Virus record (IMG/VR): IMGVR_UViG_3300046003_007336
Location: 96,001 to 160,000 of that record
Reading direction: 5' to 3' (one strand)
DNA: 64,000 bases
Source: a virus
Numbering within the stretch: the stretch's first letter is position 1; each line of letters begins with the position of its first letter. The notes under the pieces are model-generated. The model searched no databases and had not been told where the DNA came from. It saw only the letters and a program-made list of their open reading frames with translations. Shown piece by piece: positions 1 through 9,159 of the stretch. The position numbers and the translations under genes were made by a program.

Positions 1-252
1 ACACAGGACCACAGTCTTCGTTGCTGGATTAGCAAGGTGGCCGGAGATGCTCAGGTCAACTCGCAATCCCATCGATCTTACTGGCATCCGAACCGGACCA
101 ACACTGAGTTCGTTGTCATCCACGACGAAGAGACTATCCCGGACCCGGTGCCCGATATGCCCCGTCCGTTGCCGCAGGGGGATTATTTCGTAAACATTCT
201 CAACCTCGGAAATACGCCAAACCGGTTCTCCTTTTTGTTGACGGAAAACTGA
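1..252 (+). CDS. Probable 3' end of a gene starting upstream of the window; hypothetical
   Basis: Frame is open from base 1 to TGA at 250-252, directly before the SD and start of the next gene. Confidence 0.4.
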   Translation, partial: TQDHSLRCWISKVAGDAQVNSQSHRSYWHPNRTNTEFVVIHDEETIPDPVPDMPRPLPQGDYFVNILNLGNTPNRFSFLLTEN

Positions 253-292
253 TTCCGATTTAGGATGCTGGCAACTTTGAGGAGATGCCTTC

Positions 293-2389
293 ATGCTTTA
301 TGGGTTCCAGGACGGCAACGACGTGTTCGTCGTAGCGGCAGCCGAGTCGGTCCAGTTCGAGGTCTTCAAGACCGGCGTGGCCGAAGACCTGGGCGCCACG
401 CTCGTGTCTGGCTTCGACATCATGATGAACCCCGACCGCTACAAGGGCTTCTCGTCGGCCCTCGTTTTCGAGTTCTCCAGCCCTGAAGCCGCGCAGGCCT
501 TGATCGACAAGATCGGCCTCAATGTGGTCTCGCGACCGCAGGCCGTCGATTTTCAGGCCAAGATGATCGCGCAGGAAGCGGTGGACCCGTTCGACCCGTC
601 GAACAAGCGCACCATCGAAGAAATCTACAACATCGAAGGCGAAGACGACACCTGGGATACCCGCACCGAGGACGAGAAAGCGCGCGCCGCGCTGCTGATC
701 AATCTCGACGCCATCCGGGCCAAACAGGACGCCGGGGAACTCACCACTGAATCCTTCGCCATGCGCGAGGGCAAGAACGGTCTGGCCAACGTCACCGCCA
801 TCGACGCCCACTTCGACGACGACGGCAATCTCGTCATCGACGGCGTCACGGCCGAGAAGGGTCTCATCCAGCACGCCGAAGACGAGTTCAGCCTCGACGG
901 CGCCGAGGGTGCCGACACCGCGAACGCGCCGCGTCCGTGGCTGCCCGACTATGACGCCTCGCGGTTCATCAATGACGTCTCGAACCCCGACGCCTTCAAG
1001 GGCATCGAAGCCACCGAAATGGTGTTCGCGGTTTCGGGCGGCGACCCCTACGGGACGGGCGTGCAGACCGCCTACGTGCGAATGGCGCCGAAGGCGTTCT
1101 TCGACGCCAACTCGACCCTCTACGAAAACTCCCTGTGGCCGATGGTCCGCCACCTGATCGCCCGCGATTCGGTCGAGCACGACGAGAACACGTTCGGTCA
1201 CCCCAACATGACCATCGAAGAGGCGCGCGCCATCTATACGGCGCGTGGCTTCGTCGAAGATCAGGCTTTCACCGATCACCTCAACGCGGAGATCGACAAG
1301 CGCGCCGAGAAGGCCAAGGGCAAGGGCAAGACGCCCAAGAACGAAGGCCGCTTCGCCGACGTCTCGACCCCGGCTGACGCGTCGCTGGCGCGTGACGTCA
1401 AGTTCGGCCAGGGCCCGGAGTTCACCGACGAGGCCGAAGCCGCAGCCGCCGCCTCGGCCGCCGAGGAAGAGGACGCCTACTCGGGCCCCGTCGAGTTCAC
1501 CCTCGAAGACGATGCCGACGTCACCTTCCTGTCCCGCTATCTCAAGGCCATCAACGAAGACTCCGACGCCATCATCGCCAAGCTGGCGGCCGGGAACGGC
1601 AAGGTGTTCGAGATCGACGACCACCGCGTGGCCGCCCTGCTGGCGATCTCGTTCCGTCGTCGCGGCATCGGCTTCAAGGCGCAGTGCGACGGCGAGGATT
1701 ACGAGGTCGATGATCATTCGACCCAGTATATCCAGAAGGGCCCCATCGCGATCTTCTACAAGGTCGAACTTCCGTGGGCCCGCCTCGACGAGGTCTACGA
1801 CGCCATCACGGCGGCTGGTCTGGAATACCAGAAGGTCGTCATGGCGTCCGGCGAGAGCATGGACGGCGCGTGGGTGGCCTGTCCGGTCCAACGCGTGGCC
1901 GAACGGGTCGAGGCCGCCATCGTGGCCGCGTGTCCGACGCAGGACACCGACATCTACACGATCAACCCGTCTGGCGAACGCCTCGTTCCCAAGGGCGCGA
2001 ACGCCGTCGTGACCACGGGTGCCAACGAGCGCGAGATCGGACCCCGTCCGTGGAACGCCGATGCTCACAAACTTCCCGGCCTGACCGAGGAGGAGATCGT
2101 CGAGAACGACCGGAACCTGAAGGGCGATGAGTTCCTCTTCACCGGGCACGACGAGACCCGTGGCTGCACCATCTATGTGACGCCCCGGACCTTCTTCGAC
2201 GACAACGGCGAAATGTGGGACGGCGAACTCCCGGACGCCGCCAAGCGTCACCTCCCCCGCGACTTCAAGGAGGTCGAGGGCCAGCCCGGCGCCTATACGT
2301 CCAGCATGCGCAAATATCAGCAAGTCGTCGCCGAACTGAGCAAGCGTGGCATGGTGGAATCGATGAAGCTGCGGATGCACCTCAACTAA
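293..2389 (+). CDS. Large acidic hypothetical protein (698 aa) with an internally duplicated ~90-aa domain
   Basis: GAGGAG SD 8 nt before ATG; strong C/G third-position bias; two similar segments, each ending in HLN. Confidence 0.9.
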   Translation: MLYGFQDGNDVFVVAAAESVQFEVFKTGVAEDLGATLVSGFDIMMNPDRYKGFSSALVFEFSSPEAAQALIDKIGLNVVSRPQAVDFQAKMIAQEAVDPFDPSNKRTIEEIYNIEGEDDTWDTRTEDEKARAALLINLDAIRAKQDAGELTTESFAMREGKNGLANVTAIDAHFDDDGNLVIDGVTAEKGLIQHAEDEFSLDGAEGADTANAPRPWLPDYDASRFINDVSNPDAFKGIEATEMVFAVSGGDPYGTGVQTAYVRMAPKAFFDANSTLYENSLWPMVRHLIARDSVEHDENTFGHPNMTIEEARAIYTARGFVEDQAFTDHLNAEIDKRAEKAKGKGKTPKNEGRFADVSTPADASLARDVKFGQGPEFTDEAEAAAAASAAEEEDAYSGPVEFTLEDDADVTFLSRYLKAINEDSDAIIAKLAAGNGKVFEIDDHRVAALLAISFRRRGIGFKAQCDGEDYEVDDHSTQYIQKGPIAIFYKVELPWARLDEVYDAITAAGLEYQKVVMASGESMDGAWVACPVQRVAERVEAAIVAACPTQDTDIYTINPSGERLVPKGANAVVTTGANEREIGPRPWNADAHKLPGLTEEEIVENDRNLKGDEFLFTGHDETRGCTIYVTPRTFFDDNGEMWDGELPDAAKRHLPRDFKEVEGQPGAYTSSMRKYQQVVAELSKRGMVESMKLRMHLN

Positions 2390-2390
2390 C

Positions 2391-3005
2391 GTGGCCGCAG
2401 CCCCCTCCGTCGATCTCGCGATCAAATCGAAGATCATCCGGCTCCCCGATGGCGGCCGAGACACGTCCACGACCATCCTCCGCGTGGTGGGCGGCGACGT
2501 CATGTATCTGCAAGGCGTCTACCATCCCGATCAGCTATGGCTGAACGGTCTGGGTCCGATTATTCACCACGTCGAAGATCAACCGGTGAAGGTCGGGCCC
2601 ATGCCCTCCGACGAAACCGCCCGGCGTCTGAAGAACCGTCTGGAATCCAAATGGGCCAGCTTGGAACCCGAGGCCAGACACCTCTACATTCCAGAGAAGG
2701 GCGTCGAACAAATTGTTCTGCCCTTCCCTGACCGCCGCGCCATCACGGTCAAGGTCTGGGAGCGTCTGGCGCGGGCCAACTGGCCCTGCTTCGACAAGGA
2801 CCCAACGACTCGTCAGCCCTATCGGGTGACCTGGATTCGCGAAGAAACCATGGGGAACGCCGAGAAGGAACTCATGGACCATCTCGTCGAGCGATGCACG
2901 GCGCGCTACTATGTGAAGCGGCACGGCTCCAGGAATACCCCCGCCAAGTTCGTCATCCATTTCGAAAACTATCGGGACTTCGTTGAGATCAAGCTCCTGG
3001 CTTAG
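2391..3005 (+). CDS. Hypothetical protein, C-terminal F-x4-D motif family
   Basis: GTG start 1 nt after upstream stop; ends FENYRDFVEIKLLA. Confidence 0.75.
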   Translation: MAAAPSVDLAIKSKIIRLPDGGRDTSTTILRVVGGDVMYLQGVYHPDQLWLNGLGPIIHHVEDQPVKVGPMPSDETARRLKNRLESKWASLEPEARHLYIPEKGVEQIVLPFPDRRAITVKVWERLARANWPCFDKDPTTRQPYRVTWIREETMGNAEKELMDHLVERCTARYYVKRHGSRNTPAKFVIHFENYRDFVEIKLLA

Positions 3006-3063
3006 TCACCCGAAACGTCAATTCAATTGGACGTCATTATGTCGGGTAGCGTATCGTGATCTC

Positions 3064-3564
3064 ATGACAATCATCCTTCCCGTCGTCGTCTTTCTCCTCA
3101 TCGCCATGGTGGCGGTGAACATCCGCCTTCACATGCGGAACCGCGAACTCCGGCATAAGCTGGTCGCGTCCAAATCCCTCCTGACAGGATGCTTGGAAAA
3201 AGTGGCGAGCCGCGAGCTAGTCGCTGATGGCCTCATGGTCGCCATCCGGGACGCTAACCCCGACCGGGAGTTCAACACTCTGGCGCGGCGGATGATCAAG
3301 CTCATGGAAGAAATGGGCGAGGCCAGCGAAGCCTACTTGAACATGACCAACGGGACGAACTCGAAGAAGAAAACCTGGGACGATCTCCGGGAAGAACTCG
3401 TCGATGTCGTCATCGTCGCCGTCGATATGCTCCTGACGCCGTTCCCCGGCCAGCAGGAGATGACCAACGCCGAACTCGAAGACGAGATCATGGAAATCCT
3501 TGGACGCAAGCTCCGCAAATGGCTTGCCTACATGCCCGCCCTCGTCGTCGGAGATGACGCCTAG
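3064..3564 (+). CDS. MazG-like NTP pyrophosphohydrolase with N-terminal membrane anchor
   Basis: EEMGEASEA...LREELVDV acidic MazG signature; hydrophobic IILPVVVFLLIAMVAV at N-terminus; ATG 3064 preferred over ORF-track start. Confidence 0.7.
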   Translation: MTIILPVVVFLLIAMVAVNIRLHMRNRELRHKLVASKSLLTGCLEKVASRELVADGLMVAIRDANPDREFNTLARRMIKLMEEMGEASEAYLNMTNGTNSKKKTWDDLREELVDVVIVAVDMLLTPFPGQQEMTNAELEDEIMEILGRKLRKWLAYMPALVVGDDA

Positions 3565-4049
3565 GGAGTAGCCGCTATCCTGATCTGATCATAGACGGGA
3601 TGGTGGCGGCCCCGCATGGACATCTGGCCGACTTCCGGCCCACCGATCACGAAGCCACGCGTCGTGGGACGTAGGCGGGGTTCTGAGACCTTGTCGGGAT
3701 AGTGCTGGAGGGTAACAGGCGTCTCGAAGAAGACCGACGTGGCGTAGAAGTGTTTGGAGCCGGTCTCGACCGATATCAGCGTCTGGTAGGCCTCCAGGCC
3801 GTCTGTGAGCCATTTCCAGCCTGTTGATTTGCGGATGAGGTTCACGCGGACGATACGGCCAACCCTCCCTGGCTCCACGACCGTCGTACAAACGCGAAAG
3901 ATTGCCCGAGCGGGCAGGATGCCGAGTTCGGCACTGACGAAGGTCTGGCCGGTCACGTTGACCCCGCCCATGACATATCGACCACCCAGAATGCGCTCAT
4001 CCTCTGGGAGGCGGGCCATGGGGATTACGGCGACGGATTGGTATTCCAT
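3561..4049 (-). CDS. Hypothetical protein
   Basis: ORF fills the gap between neighbours; hairpin CCTGAGCC/GGCTCGGG just upstream. Confidence 0.55.
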   Translation of the reverse strand: MEYQSVAVIPMARLPEDERILGGRYVMGGVNVTGQTFVSAELGILPARAIFRVCTTVVEPGRVGRIVRVNLIRKSTGWKWLTDGLEAYQTLISVETGSKHFYATSVFFETPVTLQHYPDKVSEPRLRPTTRGFVIGGPEVGQMSMRGRHHPVYDQIRIAATP

Positions 4050-4081
4050 ACCTGAGCCTAGAGGGCTCGGGGTCTGAAAGT

Positions 4082-4558
4082 CTATTTTTTCGTAGACGGC
4101 TTTTTCGATTCTTCGAACCGGGCTCGCTTGATCGCCCCGGTGTTGACGAAGTGGCGAATCTGGTCATCGCCCTTCAGGGAGTTCCAGGTGATCGCGGTGA
4201 GGTCTTCGTCGATGAGGTCCATGCGGATGCGATTGATGCCATGGAAATCCTCGTAGGCGATGCGGACGGCCCGGCGCATCATCGTGGGGTCCTGGCAGGA
4301 TAGATACATGGTGGTTTTCTGGTCCTCAAAGCCACCACGGACGTAGCCTTGGTCGAAGGCGAGCTTGTAGTTCCGCTCGTAGTCATACCCGCGAACGATC
4401 TTGTCTTGCGGGATGTTCATCATGTCCGCGTTGTCTTCCAGGAAATCGCAGTGATCTTCGTGGAAGAGGTAGAACTGATTGTTGTTGGTATCGAACCAGA
4501 ATTTGTTTCCGCTGCCGTGCACGGCTTCCATGAGGAAGGTAATGTAGGGGCTGTCCAT
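4082..4558 (-). CDS. Late hypothetical protein, possible head-internal protein
   Basis: TAAATA 4 nt before ATG 4558; N-terminus MDSPYITFLMEA. Confidence 0.7.
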   Translation of the reverse strand: MDSPYITFLMEAVHGSGNKFWFDTNNNQFYLFHEDHCDFLEDNADMMNIPQDKIVRGYDYERNYKLAFDQGYVRGGFEDQKTTMYLSCQDPTMMRRAVRIAYEDFHGINRIRMDLIDEDLTAITWNSLKGDDQIRHFVNTGAIKRARFEESKKPSTKK

Positions 4559-4562
4559 CCGA

Positions 4563-4568
4563 TATTTA
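4563..4568 (-). promoter_or_regulatory. Late promoter core TAAATA (leaderless type)
   Basis: TAAATA-tcgg-ATG. Confidence 0.7.
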
Positions 4569-4604
4569 TGTTGAATGCAGATTGGAGTTGCGGTATCGCA
4601 AGAC

Positions 4605-4958
4605 ATGTTGATGCTTTCAGAACTCGGCCATCACACCCCGTCCTCTTTTGAACCCGTTCGAGAGGGCAAGCGCAACGGCACCATCAAGGGCGTCCGCGCC
4701 CCCGGCACACCATTTGTGATCAGTTGGTCCGATGGTGAGATCGAAGCCCTCGCAGCCGACGACCCCCGTACCGCACAAATCGCTTACTGCCCGGATATGA
4801 ACTCCGGCCAGGAATGGGTCATCCGCACCTACGCTGAGCACAAATCGTCCGGCGAGCGGCTCATGATGTTGGCGATGAAGATTGCCAGCTTGGGGCAAGA
4901 CTCAGAGATCGCCAAAGTGTTTGAGGAATCGATTTCGTACCAGAAAAGAATGAAATGA
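4605..4958 (+). CDS. Hypothetical protein
   Basis: ORF between divergent gene and promoter; start 4605 or 4611. Confidence 0.55.
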   Translation: MLMLSELGHHTPSSFEPVREGKRNGTIKGVRAPGTPFVISWSDGEIEALAADDPRTAQIAYCPDMNSGQEWVIRTYAEHKSSGERLMMLAMKIASLGQDSEIAKVFEESISYQKRMK

Positions 4959-4989
4959 TCGATTTCGTACCAGAAAAGAATGAAATGAT
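4928..4989. repeat. Perfect 30-bp tandem duplication
   Basis: atcgatttcgtaccagaaaagaatgaaatg occurs twice, head to tail. Confidence 0.95.
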
Positions 4990-4992
4990 TGC

Positions 4993-5020
4993 TTGACAAC
5001 GGTGGGTTTTCGCCTATTAT
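4993..5020 (+). promoter_or_regulatory. Host sigma70-type early promoter
   Basis: TTGACA-N16-TATTAT upstream of GGAGG SD and ATG 5047. Confidence 0.8.
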
Positions 5021-5046
5021 TTGACAAGTGATCTGGAGGACGACCC

Positions 5047-6210
5047 ATGCAAATCAGTGATTTCCCGATTCTGACCGCCGCCTGCGCCACCGGGCGTTCG
5101 CGTTCGGGCGGCCCGGCCCGCGTCCTGACCAATCTGGAAACCGCCATCGCCTTCCTCAACGCTGGCGTCGCCGCTGGCGAGATCGCCAACCAGAACTTCA
5201 TCTCCGCCAAGGATTCGGTGAACCGCGCTCTCGAAAGTGCGTGGGAATCGATTCGCGACTTCGACGTCATGTCGTCGCATCGCCGCCGTCAGGCCGGAAC
5301 CCGTATGCCGGAGAAGACCGAAGCTTTCTTCGACGCCTTCATGTACCCGCAGGCCCACACCGCCGCTGGCGCGCTGAAGCGTCTGGACAAGGTGCCCGCC
5401 GACCCGGCCGTCGATTCGCTCCGCCCCCTGCTGGTCGAAATCCAGCCCCTGTGCGCCGCCATCCAGTCCCTGAAGAACAAGGTCGTCAAGCGTCAGCCCC
5501 GCACCGAGGAAGAGCGTCAGGCCGCCATCTACGTGCCGCCCGTCGCCACCACGAAGGCCGCCGCTCTGGCGCAGTCCATTCTCGAAGAGATCGCTCAGGA
5601 CGCCTTCGAACGTCTCGTGGCTCAGTTCACCGACTACAATCTGAAGACCCTGGCCGACTACCGTCTGGGCCAGGAAGCCGCTCTGGCTGACCCGAGCCTG
5701 ATGCGTGTCGAAAAATACGACCGCACGCCCAGCTACAGCATCGCATGGCACTTCACCGACAAGTCGGAATACAAGCGCGGCGTCAACATGGCTCGCGTCC
5801 AAGTCCTGAACCGCTACGTCACCGACCGCAACCCGATCACCTTCGTCGCCGACATCGAAACCAAGCTGCGCGAAGACGCCGTCAAGGACGCCGACCATAT
5901 CCGCAAGGTCTTCGTGGTCAAGAACCTGAAGAAGATCGTCGCCATTCTGGACGCCAAGGGCGATGACAACTTCCTCGGCGCCGAGAAGATCAGCTACGAG
6001 ATCAGCCTCGCCGGTCTGGAAGGCAACATCCGCTTCACCTTCAAGGACGGCTCGCGCTTCGACGTGAAGAACTCGGTCGTGTTCGTTCAGAACTCCTACG
6101 GGACGCAGTTCAACCGCTTCCCGCTGACCTTCCACAACGTCGTGATGCCGAACGGCCAGCCGATGAAGTCGCCCTCCGAGAAGCGCATGAACGAGGTGTT
6201 CGCCGCGTGA
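5047..6210 (+). CDS. Early hypothetical protein (387 aa)
   Basis: Promoter, SD and strong codon bias. Confidence 0.9.
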   Translation: MQISDFPILTAACATGRSRSGGPARVLTNLETAIAFLNAGVAAGEIANQNFISAKDSVNRALESAWESIRDFDVMSSHRRRQAGTRMPEKTEAFFDAFMYPQAHTAAGALKRLDKVPADPAVDSLRPLLVEIQPLCAAIQSLKNKVVKRQPRTEEERQAAIYVPPVATTKAAALAQSILEEIAQDAFERLVAQFTDYNLKTLADYRLGQEAALADPSLMRVEKYDRTPSYSIAWHFTDKSEYKRGVNMARVQVLNRYVTDRNPITFVADIETKLREDAVKDADHIRKVFVVKNLKKIVAILDAKGDDNFLGAEKISYEISLAGLEGNIRFTFKDGSRFDVKNSVVFVQNSYGTQFNRFPLTFHNVVMPNGQPMKSPSEKRMNEVFAA

Positions 6211-6506
6211 CAGACCTCCACCCCTGTTATGACCCCGATAATGGAGAGCCAGAGGTCTTCGATTCTCTGGTTTTCCAGTTCGAGGACGATGGCGGCAACC
6301 TGTGGGAACTCGCCGACCTGATAAAACAGGGCTGGCATCAATACTATGTGAGCGACTATACGGAAGAGATGATGGAATATCTCCGCGACATCAAATCCGA
6401 AGGAGCCCGCTGCTATGTCACTGGTGGGCTCGATGATCGCCGTGCCTTTGTGTTGGTTCGGGACAGCTTGCATGCGGCCACCATCGCGTTGAGGTGGGCG
6501 TCATGA
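6207..6506 (+). CDS. Hypothetical protein
   Basis: GTGA overlap with upstream stop. Confidence 0.75.
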   Translation: MTDLHPCYDPDNGEPEVFDSLVFQFEDDGGNLWELADLIKQGWHQYYVSDYTEEMMEYLRDIKSEGARCYVTGGLDDRRAFVLVRDSLHAATIALRWAS

Positions 6507-6898
6507 TCTCGTCTGGCGGCATGCCACCAGGATTCGGCAAGAAATCCGCGATGGAATGGAGATCGTCTTACGATTCCAACGAAGACGTTGCGGAATGGCT
6601 CACCGCCATGAAGGATAAGCTGAAAAACGCCCACGACGCACTCAAGCAGACCCGCGACGACCTTGAAACGGAGCGCGCGCTGACGATTCGTATGCTTTCG
6701 ATCATGCGCAAGGTCGAAGAGGAAGGCTGGTTCCTGGTGACCGCCAAAGGCAAGGCCGCCAGCGAACTGAGCGTTTTCCTTGGAGGGCTCGTTAACGGAA
6801 CCTTCAAGACGGCACAGATGGACGGCTACGACGCTTGCACGATGGGAGCATTCAAGCATCAGAAAGACGCGGCGGCTTTCGCCCTGCTGTTCAAGTAG
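6503..6898 (+). CDS. Hypothetical protein, F-x4-D motif family
   Basis: ATGA overlap; ends FKHQKDAAAFALLFK. Confidence 0.75.
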   Translation: MISSGGMPPGFGKKSAMEWRSSYDSNEDVAEWLTAMKDKLKNAHDALKQTRDDLETERALTIRMLSIMRKVEEEGWFLVTAKGKAASELSVFLGGLVNGTFKTAQMDGYDACTMGAFKHQKDAAAFALLFK

Positions 6899-7325
6899 CC
6901 GGGAAGATCGCGTCGAGCTTTTGCTCCCACGCGCCGGGGAAGCCACGCACCATCGTCTTGCCGTTCGCCCCCATGGTGGCGAGAAGTTTCAAGCACTCCA
7001 TGCCCTGGTCGAGACGCAGAACGTCGTCGGGCATGATGGGCGGCGCGAAGTGGATGATGCCGTTGCGATAGCTGCCGCCCCAACCCAGCCATCCTCTGAT
7101 GTGGCTGTCGAAGGCATGGTTGGAGCCAGTGGCGGCGTAATATTCCGCAGCATGAGAGCCCGCACCGCTGCCGCCGTCCACGCTGCCGATGACGAATTTC
7201 TTCGTCCGGGGAGAGAACATGAAGCGACGGTTCGATACTTCAGGCAGGGAGAACCGGCGTTGAACGCTGGCCTCGTCTGGCAAGCTGGTCTCAACCAGGG
7301 GCTTGCAGAATTCGAGAACGATCAT
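6891..7325 (-). CDS. Late hypothetical protein
   Basis: ATG 7325 overlaps stop of the upstream late gene (ATGA). Confidence 0.7.
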   Translation of the reverse strand: MIVLEFCKPLVETSLPDEASVQRRFSLPEVSNRRFMFSPRTKKFVIGSVDGGSGAGSHAAEYYAATGSNHAFDSHIRGWLGWGGSYRNGIIHFAPPIMPDDVLRLDQGMECLKLLATMGANGKTMVRGFPGAWEQKLDAIFPAT

Positions 7326-7867
7326 ACAAATGAATCCTCTCGGGCTTTCTTGATCTCGGCAGCGATTTTGCCGGACTGGAAGGGGAGGACTTTCATCACG
7401 CGCCGGAGATGCTTGCAGCAGACGCCTTGCAGGTTGGGATTTCGAATGGTCGGGAAGCGGTCCTCGGGGATGATGGCGGCCTCCTTCTGAGTCAGGAGAT
7501 ATTGATAGCCCCAGAACTTGTAGGACGGGCACGGGCAGTGGAGGCGCAGGTTGCCTGACCAGATCAGAAGACGAGCAGAATCCACGGGGTTGTAGGTGAT
7601 GTCGCCGACGACATCGTCCCATTCCGAGAACTGCACGTAGGTCTCCCAGCCGTTGTATTTGTTCGGCACGAAAAACTTGAAAATGTTTTGCTCTCGCTCG
7701 ACGTACTTGACGTGCTTGATTAGCGGGGCCCAGTCGCGGTGCGGGAGATTGTGGACGATCTCACCCGGCACGTTGTTGTTCGTGATATCGCGGATGAGGG
7801 ACTTGTAGGTCTCCTCGTCGAGCTTGATCGGAACGTCATCGTGGAAATAAGGGTGAAGGCGATGCAT
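7322..7867 (-). CDS. SWIM-type zinc-finger protein, late
   Basis: LHCPCPSY...VCCKHL matches CxC-x(n)-CxH; TAAATA 4 nt before ATG 7867. Confidence 0.7.
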   Translation of the reverse strand: MHRLHPYFHDDVPIKLDEETYKSLIRDITNNNVPGEIVHNLPHRDWAPLIKHVKYVEREQNIFKFFVPNKYNGWETYVQFSEWDDVVGDITYNPVDSARLLIWSGNLRLHCPCPSYKFWGYQYLLTQKEAAIIPEDRFPTIRNPNLQGVCCKHLRRVMKVLPFQSGKIAAEIKKAREDSFV

Positions 7868-7871
7868 GACG

Positions 7872-7877
7872 TATTTA
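7872..7877 (-). promoter_or_regulatory. Late promoter core TAAATA (leaderless type)
   Basis: TAAATA-cgtc-ATG. Confidence 0.7.
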
Positions 7878-8363
7878 GCGGCCGACGACGCGCCAGGACC
7901 CACCAGAGAACATGATTTCGATCAGGGCGTATTCGCCATCAATAATGTATTCGGCGACCCCGTCGATGAGATCGGCACTGACAAGATGGATGGGGGTCAA
8001 GGCCGCATTGCTGCTTTCGTCCTTGATCACGATAACCTTGCCATCTTCGCCTTCGGGAAGATTCAGGACCGTCTGTTCGTCGAGTCCGTTCGGCGCCGTG
8101 ATGAAAACGACGTGGGCCCCACCCGCAATCGTGCTCTCTGAGCCGCCTGGAAGGCTCTGGGAGACCCTTCTCTTGTTTATGGGGTGCCAGTCCCCATTCG
8201 ATTTCAAGAACAGTGACGGGGGCTCTGCGCGGCAAACATAGAGGTCTCCTTCTCCCCATTGCCCCGACGTCGGAATCGTGTCGCCATGGCGAATGGACGG
8301 TCCCTTCTTCCCAATGGAGAAGTAGTCCTTGACCGTCCCTGTGATGCCGTAGTGAACCGTCAC
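7875..8363 (-). CDS. Putative virion structural protein, paralogue of 8360-9091
   Basis: Beta-rich; shares IGKxGPxIRxGD and TLPxG..IxIKDE motifs with its neighbour. Confidence 0.75.
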   Translation of the reverse strand: MTVHYGITGTVKDYFSIGKKGPSIRHGDTIPTSGQWGEGDLYVCRAEPPSLFLKSNGDWHPINKRRVSQSLPGGSESTIAGGAHVVFITAPNGLDEQTVLNLPEGEDGKVIVIKDESSNAALTPIHLVSADLIDGVAEYIIDGEYALIEIMFSGGSWRVVGR

Positions 8364-9091
8364 TTCGTAATCCTGACCCTATAGGCGTATCCGTCCGGGA
8401 TGGGGTCGTCGGCGGAGAGGACGATAGACGTCGCGTTCGGACGCGAGACCGCGATCTCGACGTCGCGGAAATCACCAAAGTTCTCTCGAACCTCGACCAT
8501 GACGTCGCGGGTATCGAACGGATGGTTGACGGTGAACTGGGTGGCGACGTCATTCCCCGTGATGGTAGCCCAGAAAGGAACAGGCATGAGGTCTCCTTCG
8601 GTCCTTCTGGTGACATACCAGTTGCCATCACGGAAGGAGAGCGTGACGGAACCGTAGTTGGAGGCGAGGCTGAGGCCGATTTCGTTCTCGATCAGGTCGC
8701 CGGATGCGGAGAGGATTTCGACCGGGTAGGTGGCCGCGCTGCCGAGTTCATCCTTGATCGTGATCTCCATGGCGTTCACGCCTGTGGGGAGCGTAATGGT
8801 GCTGGGCGACCCGGAGCCGGAAATTATGGCCACGTAGGTGGTCTCTGGCTCTATGGCGTCATCTACCCCTCTCGCGATCTCTTGTCGCGCGTAGGGCCCG
8901 TCGCTGAGAAGGGATATCCAGGAACCGTCTTTGAAAAAGATATCCGAGGTCGCCGCCTTGACCAGGAAGAGATCGCCGTCGCCGCCTATGAGGTTTGATG
9001 GGGCCTCGTCGCCCTGCCGGATGGTGGGACCGCCCTTTCCGATTTTGAAACGGTCGGCCAAAGTCCCGGAGATGTTGCTCTTAATATCCAT
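8360..9091 (-). CDS. Putative virion structural (fibre-associated) protein
   Basis: TAAATA 5 nt before ATG 9091; beta-rich. Confidence 0.75.
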   Translation of the reverse strand: MDIKSNISGTLADRFKIGKGGPTIRQGDEAPSNLIGGDGDLFLVKAATSDIFFKDGSWISLLSDGPYARQEIARGVDDAIEPETTYVAIISGSGSPSTITLPTGVNAMEITIKDELGSAATYPVEILSASGDLIENEIGLSLASNYGSVTLSFRDGNWYVTRRTEGDLMPVPFWATITGNDVATQFTVNHPFDTRDVMVEVRENFGDFRDVEIAVSRPNATSIVLSADDPIPDGYAYRVRITK

Positions 9092-9096
9092 GATCG

Positions 9097-9102
9097 TATT
9101 TA
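9097..9102 (-). promoter_or_regulatory. Late promoter core TAAATA (leaderless type)
   Basis: TAAATA-cgatc-ATG; a divergent TAAATA at 9120-9125 serves 9160-9708. Confidence 0.7.
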
Positions 9103-9159
9103 CCCAAGCCACATACGACTAAATACTAAAAACCATCTTTTCGAAGTGAGATCACATTC

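Noticed and set aside
260-2503. 747-aa minus-strand ORF, and similar long antisense ORFs (5017-6135, 22492-23937, 47005-48081, 48324-49931, 56038-57069)
   Set aside because: Shadow frames of real genes produced by strong C/G third-position bias; no SD or promoter and no recognisable motifs.
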